From an uncultured Gemmatimonadales bacterium (GTDB taxonomy: Bacteria > Gemmatimonadota > Gemmatimonadetes > Gemmatimonadales > GWC2-71-9), in NCBI GenBank assembly GCA_963779755.1, contig CAVZZO010000003.1, positions 224,001-288,000 on the forward strand: DNA of 64,000 nt. Reading direction: 5' to 3'. Numbering within the stretch: position 1 is the stretch's first letter; every line of letters begins with the position of its first letter. The notes beneath the pieces were generated by a model. It was not told where the DNA came from. It searched no databases and was given only the letters and a program-made list of their open reading frames with translations. Below are positions 45,339 to 53,309 of this stretch, piece after piece. The position numbers and the translations under genes are program-made.

Positions 45339-48013
45339 CAGGCCCTCCGCCGGGAGAAGATATGCTGCAGCTCGCGCGCGGAGCGTGTCTCGTTGCGGGC
45401 CAGCTGCGCGAAGGACGAGGCCGGCGCCTGCTGAACCACCCGTTCCCAGAGCTGAACCGCCTCCTGGAAGCGGCGCAGCCGCGCCAGCGTCATGCCGACG
45501 AAATAGAGGGCGCCGGGATTGTCGGGATCGAACCGCAGCACCCGGCGGAACGCCTCCAGCGCCTCGACCACGCGCTGGTCGTCCATCAGGGCGCGGCCCA
45601 GAAGCGTCAGCGCGTCAAGGTCGAGCGGTTCGGTGGTGAGCAGCGCCACCAGCACCTCCACCGCCGCCGCCGGCGACTCGGTGCGGCGCAACAGATCGGC
45701 CAGCCCGAGCACCGCCTCCACGTAGCTCGGCAAGAGGTCCACTGCGTGCTCGTAGCACTGCCGGGCCGCGCTCCAGCGCTCCCGCCGTTCCTCCAACTGG
45801 GCCAGCTCGAACCAGACCTGCGCCAGGGTTCCGTCGAGTTGCAGGGCGCCGTGGTACGCTTCGGCGGCCTCCTCCAGCTGGCCCAGCCGCTCGTTGACGC
45901 GGGCCTGCAGCTGCAGCAGGTCGGGACGGCCGGGTGCGCGCGCCTGCGCCTCCTTCACCAGATCCAGGGCACCGACCGGATTCCCCCCGTGCAGCCGGGT
46001 CTGGGCCGCGGCCACCAGCACGTCGACGTCCTCCGGGCGCCGCTCCACCAGCTCCTCCGCCAGGGTCCCCGCTTCTCCCGCCCGGTCCAGCGCGAGCAGG
46101 CTGCGGACCTCCCCCAGCAGGGCTTCTTCATCGCCCTGCAGCATGGCGCCGGCCTGGCGGTACCGCTCCAGGGCTTCGCCGTGCAGGCCGCGCCGGGCGT
46201 AGATATGGCCCTGCAGCACCAGCGCCCGCCCCTCCTGGGCGCCGCGGCCCCGGGCCCGGTCCAGTTCGCCCACCGCCCGCTCCAGCAGCCCCTTCTGGAT
46301 GTACTCCCGGGCCAGCGCCAGCGGATCCTCGACCCCGGCCGGCTCGGGAGCGGGCGCAGCGCTCAACTCCTTGAAGAACTGGTCCAGCAGCCGCTGGTCG
46401 AAGACGAAGTCCTCGCCCATCTGCTCGGTGCGGACATCGGCGGAGATCTCCGGCACCACGGCGATGGTGGGGTCTTCGTACTGCAGGTCGATGGCCAGGG
46501 AAAACTTCTGCGGGACATAGTAGGGCTCCAGCTCCAGGGCCTGCTTGGTCTCCCGCAGCGCTCCGTCGTAGTCTCCCAGCTGGCTCAGGGTGAAGCTCAG
46601 GTTGTAGTGGGCCGAGGCATTGCGCGGATCGGCCTCCACCGCGCGCACGAAGGCGTTTCGCGCATCGCTGAAGCGTTTGATCTCGGTCAGTACCAGCCCC
46701 ACGCCGTTCCAGGCGACGGCATTGCGCGGGGCCTCGGCCAGCACCTGGCGGTAGGCCTCCAGCGCCAGCTGAAAGCGACGGCGCTGGAACAGGAGCAGGC
46801 CCAGGTTGAGCCGGCCGGCGGTCAGGTCGCGGCGGCAGCGGAGCGCCTGGTGGAAGGATTCCACCGCGTCCTCGTTCTCCAGGCCGTGGCGGCTCTGCAG
46901 CACGCCCAGATTGTTCCAGGCCAGGGCATAGTTGCGGTCCAGCCGGATTGCCTGCCGGTAAGCTGCCTCGGCCTCTTCCCGCCGTCCGGCCTGGTGCAGG
47001 CAGACGCCCAGCTCGTTCTGCAGCTTGGGCGAATCGTCGTATTCCTGGACCAGCTCCTGGTAGAGATCGAGGGCGCCGCCCAGGTCGCGCCGCAGCAGGT
47101 GCACCTCCGCCATGGCCTGCAGGGTGAGCCGGCGATCCTCGCCCTGTTCCAGCGCCATACGGTACTCCCGCAGGGCCTCGAGGTAGTAGCCCTTCTGCCG
47201 GAAGGCGAGCCCGAGGTTGAAATGCGCCAGCGTGGCGCCCTCGGTGACGCTGGGCCGGGCCGGGGCCTCGGGGGCGGCGCCGTTTCCCGTGATCTGCTGC
47301 AGCGACAGGTTGGTATGCGCACGGGCGAGCGTGGGGTTCAGCGTGATGGCGCGCTTGGTGGCGGCCCGCGCCGCCTCGTGATAACCCAGGTCGCCGTAGA
47401 GGAACGCCAGCAGGTAGTGCGCATCGGCGTTGTCCGGGTTGAGCGCGACCGCTTCCTGCAGCACCGCGCGCGCCTGGTCCGGCAGGCCGCGGTTGTACAG
47501 CGCCTCGCCGTAGTAGAAGAGCGCGACGCTGCTCTCCGGATCGAGTTCGCTGGCGCGGCGGAAGTGGTCGCAGGCCTCCTCGGGGCGGTTGGAAGCCTTC
47601 TCGGCCAGGCCCAGCTGAATCAGGGCCGGCACGTCCTTCGGATACTGCTCGACCAGCGTGTGGAACTCCGCGATGGCCTCATCGCCCTGCCCCATGGAGG
47701 CGTAGGTGCGGGCCAGCTCCCAGCGCGCGTCCCGTTGAGAGGGCTGGCGCCGCAGCACCTCCCGCAGTTCCGAGACCCGGCGGTCGTAGTATCCGGAGCT
47801 GCGATAGGCGATCTCCAGGTTGGCCTGTGCCACCTGCATCCGCGAGTCGAGCTCGAGCGCGCGCCCGAACTCGGCGATGGCTTCCGCGATCAGCCCTTTC
47901 TGGTAGTAGAGGACGCCGAGATTGTTATGGGCCCCGGCGTCGGAAGGATCGATCCGCCGCGCGAACGTCCGCAGGACTCCGAGGTCACGCTCCGAGAGCA
48001 CGGGCGCGGGCAT
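45338..48013 (-). CDS. Large cytoplasmic TPR scaffold protein (891 aa)
   Basis: Many canonical TPRs (AHNNLGVLY, AHFNLGLAF, AWNNLGVL, AWNGVGLVL); no signal peptide or TM seen. Confidence 0.9.
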   Translation of the reverse strand: MPAPVLSERDLGVLRTFARRIDPSDAGAHNNLGVLYYQKGLIAEAIAEFGRALELDSRMQVAQANLEIAYRSSGYYDRRVSELREVLRRQPSQRDARWELARTYASMGQGDEAIAEFHTLVEQYPKDVPALIQLGLAEKASNRPEEACDHFRRASELDPESSVALFYYGEALYNRGLPDQARAVLQEAVALNPDNADAHYLLAFLYGDLGYHEAARAATKRAITLNPTLARAHTNLSLQQITGNGAAPEAPARPSVTEGATLAHFNLGLAFRQKGYYLEALREYRMALEQGEDRRLTLQAMAEVHLLRRDLGGALDLYQELVQEYDDSPKLQNELGVCLHQAGRREEAEAAYRQAIRLDRNYALAWNNLGVLQSRHGLENEDAVESFHQALRCRRDLTAGRLNLGLLLFQRRRFQLALEAYRQVLAEAPRNAVAWNGVGLVLTEIKRFSDARNAFVRAVEADPRNASAHYNLSFTLSQLGDYDGALRETKQALELEPYYVPQKFSLAIDLQYEDPTIAVVPEISADVRTEQMGEDFVFDQRLLDQFFKELSAAPAPEPAGVEDPLALAREYIQKGLLERAVGELDRARGRGAQEGRALVLQGHIYARRGLHGEALERYRQAGAMLQGDEEALLGEVRSLLALDRAGEAGTLAEELVERRPEDVDVLVAAAQTRLHGGNPVGALDLVKEAQARAPGRPDLLQLQARVNERLGQLEEAAEAYHGALQLDGTLAQVWFELAQLEERRERWSAARQCYEHAVDLLPSYVEAVLGLADLLRRTESPAAAVEVLVALLTTEPLDLDALTLLGRALMDDQRVVEALEAFRRVLRFDPDNPGALYFVGMTLARLRRFQEAVQLWERVVQQAPASSFAQLARNETRSARELQHIFSRRRA

Positions 48014-48018
48014 GATCC

Positions 48019-48639
48019 CTACGAGAGGCGAATGGCGTCGAAGACGGCCCGGAGGGAGGCGAGGTCAGGCATGAGCAGGAAATGGCCCCGGAGCCCGCGG
48101 TTTTCTTCGGAGAAGACGAACTCGGTCTCCAGACAGAAGACGAAATCCCGTTCGTACCCGAAGTTCAGATAGGTGCTGGTGAGCACGGCGCCGGCCAGGT
48201 CCACCACCAGCCCCGGAACCGAGGGAAGCAGCATCATCCCCATGAAGTCGCTCAGGGCGTTGAGATAGGCGCTGCTCAGGATGTTCCCCGCTTCCTTGAG
48301 CCCCGACTGTTCCATCTCGCCGAATTCGGTGGTGGTGCCCATCTCGCGGCGCAGCAGGATGTCGCACAGCTCTTCGGCGGAATCGCGGGGAAAGACGATC
48401 ATGGTCCGGCCCGTCAGGTCGCCCATCATGTGCATCAGCACCGCGGCGACGATGTCGTCGGGACTGCCCAGCAGCCGGCAGACCTCCTCCAGCCGGGTGA
48501 TGTTCACCTCGGGCACCGAGATCATGATCTTGCGGCCGGTCATCTGGGACAGGGCGGTGGCGGCGTGCCCTGCCCCGATGTTGGCGACCTCGCGCAAGGC
48601 ATCGAGTTGCAGCTCCTGCAGGTTCCGGATGTCGTCCAC
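48019..48639 (-). CDS. cheC: CheY-P phosphatase CheC
   Basis: Two D/S-x3-E-x2-N active-site motifs (DALREVANIGAGHAATALS; SGLKEAGNIL...Y.NAL...P). Confidence 0.94.
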   Translation of the reverse strand: MDDIRNLQELQLDALREVANIGAGHAATALSQMTGRKIMISVPEVNITRLEEVCRLLGSPDDIVAAVLMHMMGDLTGRTMIVFPRDSAEELCDILLRREMGTTTEFGEMEQSGLKEAGNILSSAYLNALSDFMGMMLLPSVPGLVVDLAGAVLTSTYLNFGYERDFVFCLETEFVFSEENRGLRGHFLLMPDLASLRAVFDAIRLS

Positions 48640-48647
48640 AGGGCCTC

Positions 48648-50525
48648 CTAGACCAGCGCAGCCGCATCGAGAATGAGCGCGGGCTCGCCATCCGCCAGGA
48701 TGGTCGCCCCGCTGAAGACCGGCAGCATGCCGCGCGGCGGATCGAACGGTTCCACGACGATCTCCTGCTGCCCCAGCAGCGCATCGACCACCACCGCCGC
48801 GCGCTGGCCCGCCGACTCCAGGATGATGGTCGGCCGCCGGGGCGGCAGCTCGCCACCGGCCACCCGCAGGAGGTCGCGGATGTGGCGGGTAGGAATCACC
48901 GACTGGCGCAGCACCAGCGCCTCCCGGCCACCCATGGTGGTGAGCCGGCCGCCATCGTATTCCACCGTTTCCGCCACGTGGGCCAGCGGCACCGCGTAGC
49001 GCTCCGCGCCCACCCGGGCCAACAGCACCCGCACCACCGCCAGGGTCACCGGCAGGTACAGGGTGAACGTGGTGCCCCGGCCCATTTCGGTCGCGATGGC
49101 CACCGAGCCGCCCAGGGCCCGCACCTGCGCCACGACCGCATCGATCCCCACGCCGCGGCCGGAGACGTCGGTCACCCGGGCGGCGGTGCTGAACCCGGGC
49201 CGCGCGATGAGCCGCAACAGGCCTTCGTCGCTCAGCGATCCGGCTTCGGCCTCCAGCACGCCGTCCTGCACCGCCCGCTGCACGATGCGCGCGCGATCCA
49301 GCCCGCGTCCGTCGTCCGCCACCCGCACCGCCACCCCGCGCTGGTCCCGGGTGGCGCTCAGGATGATGCGGCCGACTTCCGGCTTGCCCTTCCGGCGGCG
49401 CTCGGCCGGGCTCTCGAGGCCATGATCGAGCGCGTTGCGCAACAGGTGAAGCAGCGGGTCGCCCAGTTCATCCAGGATGGCGCGGTCCAGCTCGATATCG
49501 CCGCCCTCGAGCAGCAGCTCGACCCGCTTGCCCAGCTGGCGCCCGAGATCGCGCACCACGCGGGGAAAGCGGTCGAACACCTGCCATACCGGCGTCAGCC
49601 GGACCTGGATAACGTCGGCCTGCAGCTCCGACACCAGCCGGTGCATGCGGGCGGAGACGGCTTCCAGCTCGGGCTGGGAGCGGGGCGCCACCAGCTCCTG
49701 CAGCCGCTGTTCCGCCACCACCAGTTCGCCCATGTTGTTCAGCAGCGAATCCAGCCGGCGCAGGTCGACCCGGATGGAGCGGACCTCGTCTACCGTCTCT
49801 TCCACCGGGGCGTGCACCGGCATCTCGCCGATGGTCACCGCGTCGACATCGCCCGCCGCCCGGATGGCCGCCTGTACCGCCTGGTCGCTCAGGTCGGTAT
49901 CCAGCCGGAACGAGAACTGCCCGTCGAATTCCGCCTGCTCGAACGCCGCCACCGCGGGCCGGATGCCGCTCACCGACCCCAGGGCCTCCGCCCGCTTCAG
50001 TGCCAGCGCCGCGCGCGCCCCCCGCATGACCGCGTCGGGCCGGATGGCCACCCGCACCAGGCGGCCGGTGGGGCCGCGTGGCGCCGGCGCCTCGTGCAGA
50101 TCGTGCACCTCGCGCACCGCGCGCATCTCGCCGGTGTGCGACCGGGTCGCCTGGGCCGCCTGGCTCAGCGCGGTGATCAGCGCGGTGAAGTCGAGCTGAT
50201 CGTCACGACCCGCCACCGCCTCGTCCAGCGAGCCTTCCAGCGCGTCTACCGCGCGGAACAGCAGGTCGATCTGGTCCGGGTCGACCGCGGCCACCCGCTC
50301 GCGCAGCAAGGCGAGCAGGTCTTCGGTCTGGTGGGCCAGCTCCGCCACGCGGCCGTAGCCCATGGTGGCCGCCATGCCCTTGAGCGTGTGCATGGCCCGG
50401 AAGATCCCCGCGATGGGCGCCGGCTCCATCGGCACCCGCTCCAGCTCCAGCAACAGGCGGTTGCAGTCCTGCAGGTGCTCGCGGCCCTCGGTCAGGAAGA
50501 GCGCGGCGTAGCGGGAGACGTCCAT
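48648..50525 (-). CDS. cheA: Chemotaxis histidine kinase CheA
   Basis: HPt FRAMHTLKGM, P2-like region, IRV...LD.L.N..GEL, HLLRNALDHG, DDGRG, GFSTA..VTDVSGRGVG, C-terminal CheW domain. Confidence 0.97.
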   Translation of the reverse strand: MDVSRYAALFLTEGREHLQDCNRLLLELERVPMEPAPIAGIFRAMHTLKGMAATMGYGRVAELAHQTEDLLALLRERVAAVDPDQIDLLFRAVDALEGSLDEAVAGRDDQLDFTALITALSQAAQATRSHTGEMRAVREVHDLHEAPAPRGPTGRLVRVAIRPDAVMRGARAALALKRAEALGSVSGIRPAVAAFEQAEFDGQFSFRLDTDLSDQAVQAAIRAAGDVDAVTIGEMPVHAPVEETVDEVRSIRVDLRRLDSLLNNMGELVVAEQRLQELVAPRSQPELEAVSARMHRLVSELQADVIQVRLTPVWQVFDRFPRVVRDLGRQLGKRVELLLEGGDIELDRAILDELGDPLLHLLRNALDHGLESPAERRRKGKPEVGRIILSATRDQRGVAVRVADDGRGLDRARIVQRAVQDGVLEAEAGSLSDEGLLRLIARPGFSTAARVTDVSGRGVGIDAVVAQVRALGGSVAIATEMGRGTTFTLYLPVTLAVVRVLLARVGAERYAVPLAHVAETVEYDGGRLTTMGGREALVLRQSVIPTRHIRDLLRVAGGELPPRRPTIILESAGQRAAVVVDALLGQQEIVVEPFDPPRGMLPVFSGATILADGEPALILDAAALV

Positions 50526-50529
50526 CGGC

Positions 50530-50892
50530 TCAGCCGAGCACGCGCTGCACCGCCTCCAGCACCCGGGACGGCTGGAAGGGCTTCACCACGAAGTCCTTCG
50601 CCCCCGCCTGGATGGCTTCCACCACCAGCGCCTGCTGGCCCATGGCGCTGCACATCAGGATCTTGGCGTCCGGATCGTCGCGGCAGATCTCCCGCACCGC
50701 GTCGATGCCCCCCATATCCGGCATGACGATATCCATGGTGACCAGATCGGGCTTGAGCTGGCGGTACTTGTCCACCGCCTGCCGTCCGGTCTCGGCTTCT
50801 CCCACGACTTCGAAGCCCGCCTGCGCGAGAATGTCGCTGATCATCGTGCGCATGAAGATCGCGTCATCGCACACCAGCACCGTGTTGGCCAC
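50530..50892 (-). CDS. cheY: Response regulator CheY (Bacillus/Thermotoga-like)
   Basis: DDAIFMR, TMDIVMP, CSAMGQ, GAKDFVVKPF. Confidence 0.93.
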   Translation of the reverse strand: MANTVLVCDDAIFMRTMISDILAQAGFEVVGEAETGRQAVDKYRQLKPDLVTMDIVMPDMGGIDAVREICRDDPDAKILMCSAMGQQALVVEAIQAGAKDFVVKPFQPSRVLEAVQRVLG

Positions 50893-50934
50893 GAAAGCCC
50901 TCCCTGCAAGTTGCGCCGTTTGGCCGGATGTCCG

Positions 50935-51372
50935 TCAGGCCGAGTACACCGGCCCCAGGACCGTTTCGGTATCCAGCACCACGAACACGCGATCGTCCCA
51001 CCGCCCCACCGCCTGCACCAGCCGCGGGTCTACACCCGGCAGGGTGTCCCGCTCGTCCAGTGCGGACGCGGGCAGGTGCAGGAGATCGTGCACCAGATCC
51101 ACGATGAGCCCGAGGAGACGTCCCCCCACGGCCAGCAGCAGGATGGACGGCTCCACCGCCGGCGGCCCGTCCCGGCCCAGCATCTGCCGCCCGTCGGCGA
51201 CGGTGATGAGCCGCCCGCGGACGTTCACCAGCCCGAGCACACCGGCCACCGCGCCAGGAATCCTGGCGGGGGGGTGGTAGGGAACGATCTCCTGCACGAT
51301 GCCGGTGGGGGCCGCGCAGAGGAGATCGCCTACCTGGAAGACCAGTAAAGACACCGTCTCGGCGTCAGCCAT
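50935..51372 (-). CDS. cheW: Chemotaxis protein CheW
   Basis: ATG 51372 overlapping the rluA stop; VQEIV, IPGA...VLGLVNVRG, GLIVD.V. Confidence 0.9.
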   Translation of the reverse strand: MADAETVSLLVFQVGDLLCAAPTGIVQEIVPYHPPARIPGAVAGVLGLVNVRGRLITVADGRQMLGRDGPPAVEPSILLLAVGGRLLGLIVDLVHDLLHLPASALDERDTLPGVDPRLVQAVGRWDDRVFVVLDTETVLGPVYSA

Positions 51373-52372
51373 GTTCTTTAAAGAAACCAAGATACCGCAG
51401 GTTGGGGGCACCGGCAACCAGACCGGATTGGACTAGTGCAGTTTCCAGCAGACCGCGCAAATCGCCCGGCCATTCCGCGGTGAATTCCAGCGCCTCCCCG
51501 GAGACCGGGTGACGCAATTGCAGCCATGCCGCGTGCAAGGCCTGGCGTGGCGCGAGGCGCTCCAGCCGCTCCGCTGCGATGCGCTGAGTGCCTGACATAC
51601 GCCGACTTCCGCCCCCGGCATAGACCGGATCCCCGATGACGGGATGCCCCACATGATGGAGGTGGACCCGGATCTGGTGCGTTCGCCCGGTGTGCAGCTC
51701 CAATTTGAGCAGGTCACAGAGCGCGAACCGTGCCACCACATGCGCCTCTGTCCGGGCTGGTCGACCGGTGGAGAGCACGGCCATGCGCTTGCGATCGCGC
51801 GGGTTGCGGCCGATGGCCGCATCGATGGTCAGGGGGGAGGCATCCAGGTGGCCCCAGCAGAGCGCGGCGTAGCGCCGGCTGATCCGGCGGGCGGCAAGCG
51901 CCGCGCCCAGGCGCCGGTGGGCCAGGTCGCTCTTGGCTACCAGCATGAGCCCCGAGGTGTCGCGGTCCAGACGGTGAACGATGCCGGGACGTCCTTCACC
52001 GGCCCGGGACAGCGCCGTCCCCCGGGCCGCCAGGGCATTGACCAGGGTATCGTCCCAGTGTCCCGGCGCGGGATGCACCACCAGCCCGGCCGGCTTGTCG
52101 ATGACCAGCAGGTGCTCGTCCTCGAAGACGACGGTCAGGGGAATGTCGGCGGGGCGAAGCTCGCGCGGCGGCGCGGCCTCGGGCAGGGTCACCTCCACCA
52201 CCTCGCCCCGTTCCAGCAGGCGGCTGGCGCGGGCCACCGTGCCATCGACGGTCACCGCCCGGGCGGCTATGAGCCGCGCGGCCTGGGTGCGGGAGAGCTG
52301 CAGCTGATCGGCCAGGAATCGGTCGAGCCGCTCGGTGACGGCGGCCGTCACCGTGAAGCGGTGCTCACTCAT
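51365..52372 (-). CDS. rluD: RluA/RluD family pseudouridine synthase with an S4 domain
   Basis: RLD.FL S4 domain, KPAGLVVHP, IVHRLDRDTSG, TGRTHQIRVH, GDP.Y, QALHA. Confidence 0.9.
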   Translation of the reverse strand: MSEHRFTVTAAVTERLDRFLADQLQLSRTQAARLIAARAVTVDGTVARASRLLERGEVVEVTLPEAAPPRELRPADIPLTVVFEDEHLLVIDKPAGLVVHPAPGHWDDTLVNALAARGTALSRAGEGRPGIVHRLDRDTSGLMLVAKSDLAHRRLGAALAARRISRRYAALCWGHLDASPLTIDAAIGRNPRDRKRMAVLSTGRPARTEAHVVARFALCDLLKLELHTGRTHQIRVHLHHVGHPVIGDPVYAGGGSRRMSGTQRIAAERLERLAPRQALHAAWLQLRHPVSGEALEFTAEWPGDLRGLLETALVQSGLVAGAPNLRYLGFFKEHG

Positions 52373-52402
52373 AACCGGAGGCCGCGGCGCGGCCGCCCGC
52401 GC

Positions 52403-52912
52403 TCAGGAGGCCGGCGCGGATTCCGGCTCGGCGCGCCGGGCATCCTCACGCCACAGAGAGTACGCCAGCGCGACGGCCCCTACGGTCACGGCCATGTCGG
52501 CCACGTTGAAGGTGGGCCAGCGCAGCGCCCCGACGCCCATATCGAGAAAATCCACCACGCCCTGCGCGCTGCGCACCCGGTCCAGCAGGTTGCCGGCAGC
52601 GCCGCCGCAGACCAGGCCCAGCGCGAGCTGGCGGAACCAGTCACCCGGTACGGTGCGCCGGCTCATCCGCGCGAGGATCAGGATGGCCAGAGCGGCGATC
52701 ACCAGAAAGATCCAGCGCGAATACGGCCCCAGGTGCAGGCCGAAGGCCGCGCCCGGGTTGTGTACCAGGCGCAGCTGCAGCCATTCGCCCAGCACGGAGA
52801 TATCCGCGTGGCGCAGGAGAAAGGTCTCGGCCAGCAGCTTGGTGCCGAGGTCCAGCACCATAACCATCGCCGCCACCGACCAGAACAGGCGGCGGTCAGC
52901 GGCGCTTGGCAT
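52403..52912 (-). CDS. lspA: Lipoprotein signal peptidase II
   Basis: D..TK, N.GAAFG, GGA.GN..DR, VVDF, FNVADMA. Confidence 0.96.
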   Translation of the reverse strand: MPSAADRRLFWSVAAMVMVLDLGTKLLAETFLLRHADISVLGEWLQLRLVHNPGAAFGLHLGPYSRWIFLVIAALAILILARMSRRTVPGDWFRQLALGLVCGGAAGNLLDRVRSAQGVVDFLDMGVGALRWPTFNVADMAVTVGAVALAYSLWREDARRAEPESAPAS

Positions 52913-53279
52913 CCTCCTCCTGTTCCTTGCACTTGATGCAGAGGCGCGCGTGCGGCAGCGCGTCCAGCCGCTCGAAGTTGATCTCCGCGCCGCACTGCTG
53001 GCACAGACCGAATTTCTCCGGCGTCTGGTAGAGCCGCCGCAGCGCCTCGTTCACATGCCAGAGATAGCGCCCCTCCTGCGAGGCGAAGAGGAACTGCTTC
53101 TCCCGCTCCATGGCATCGGTGCCCTGATCGGCCATATGGAAGGAGTAGGAGGAGAGATCTCCGTCCGAAGACTGCAGGGAGGCATTGAAGGACTCGTCGT
53201 AATGGCCGAGCTCCTTCATGACCCGGGCCCGCTCTTCCAGCAGGCGCTTCCCCAGATGGGCGAGATTCTTCTTGTTCAT
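52896..53279 (-). CDS. DksA/TraR C4 zinc-finger protein (YteA/YlyA-like)
   Basis: ATG 53279; coiled coil with an HMADQG tip, then FG.CQQCG..I..ERL.A.P.A..CIKC. Confidence 0.9.
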   Translation of the reverse strand: MNKKNLAHLGKRLLEERARVMKELGHYDESFNASLQSSDGDLSSYSFHMADQGTDAMEREKQFLFASQEGRYLWHVNEALRRLYQTPEKFGLCQQCGAEINFERLDALPHARLCIKCKEQEEDAKRR

Positions 53280-53309
53280 GCGGTTTCCAGTGCTCAGGGG
53301 ACGCAACAG

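Noticed and set aside
45362..48172. Long plus-strand ORFs antisense to real genes (also 8696-10651, 14479-17064, 23873-26329, 38427-40562, 48882-50726, 58638-61517)
   Set aside because: Shadow frames expected at high GC; no recognisable motifs, and they mirror well-supported minus-strand genes.
30920..51372. Che-Mgl locus as a tRNA-integrated genomic island
   Set aside because: No integrase, transposase or duplicated tRNA 3' end seen; composition looks like the flanks; it is coupled to housekeeping genes.
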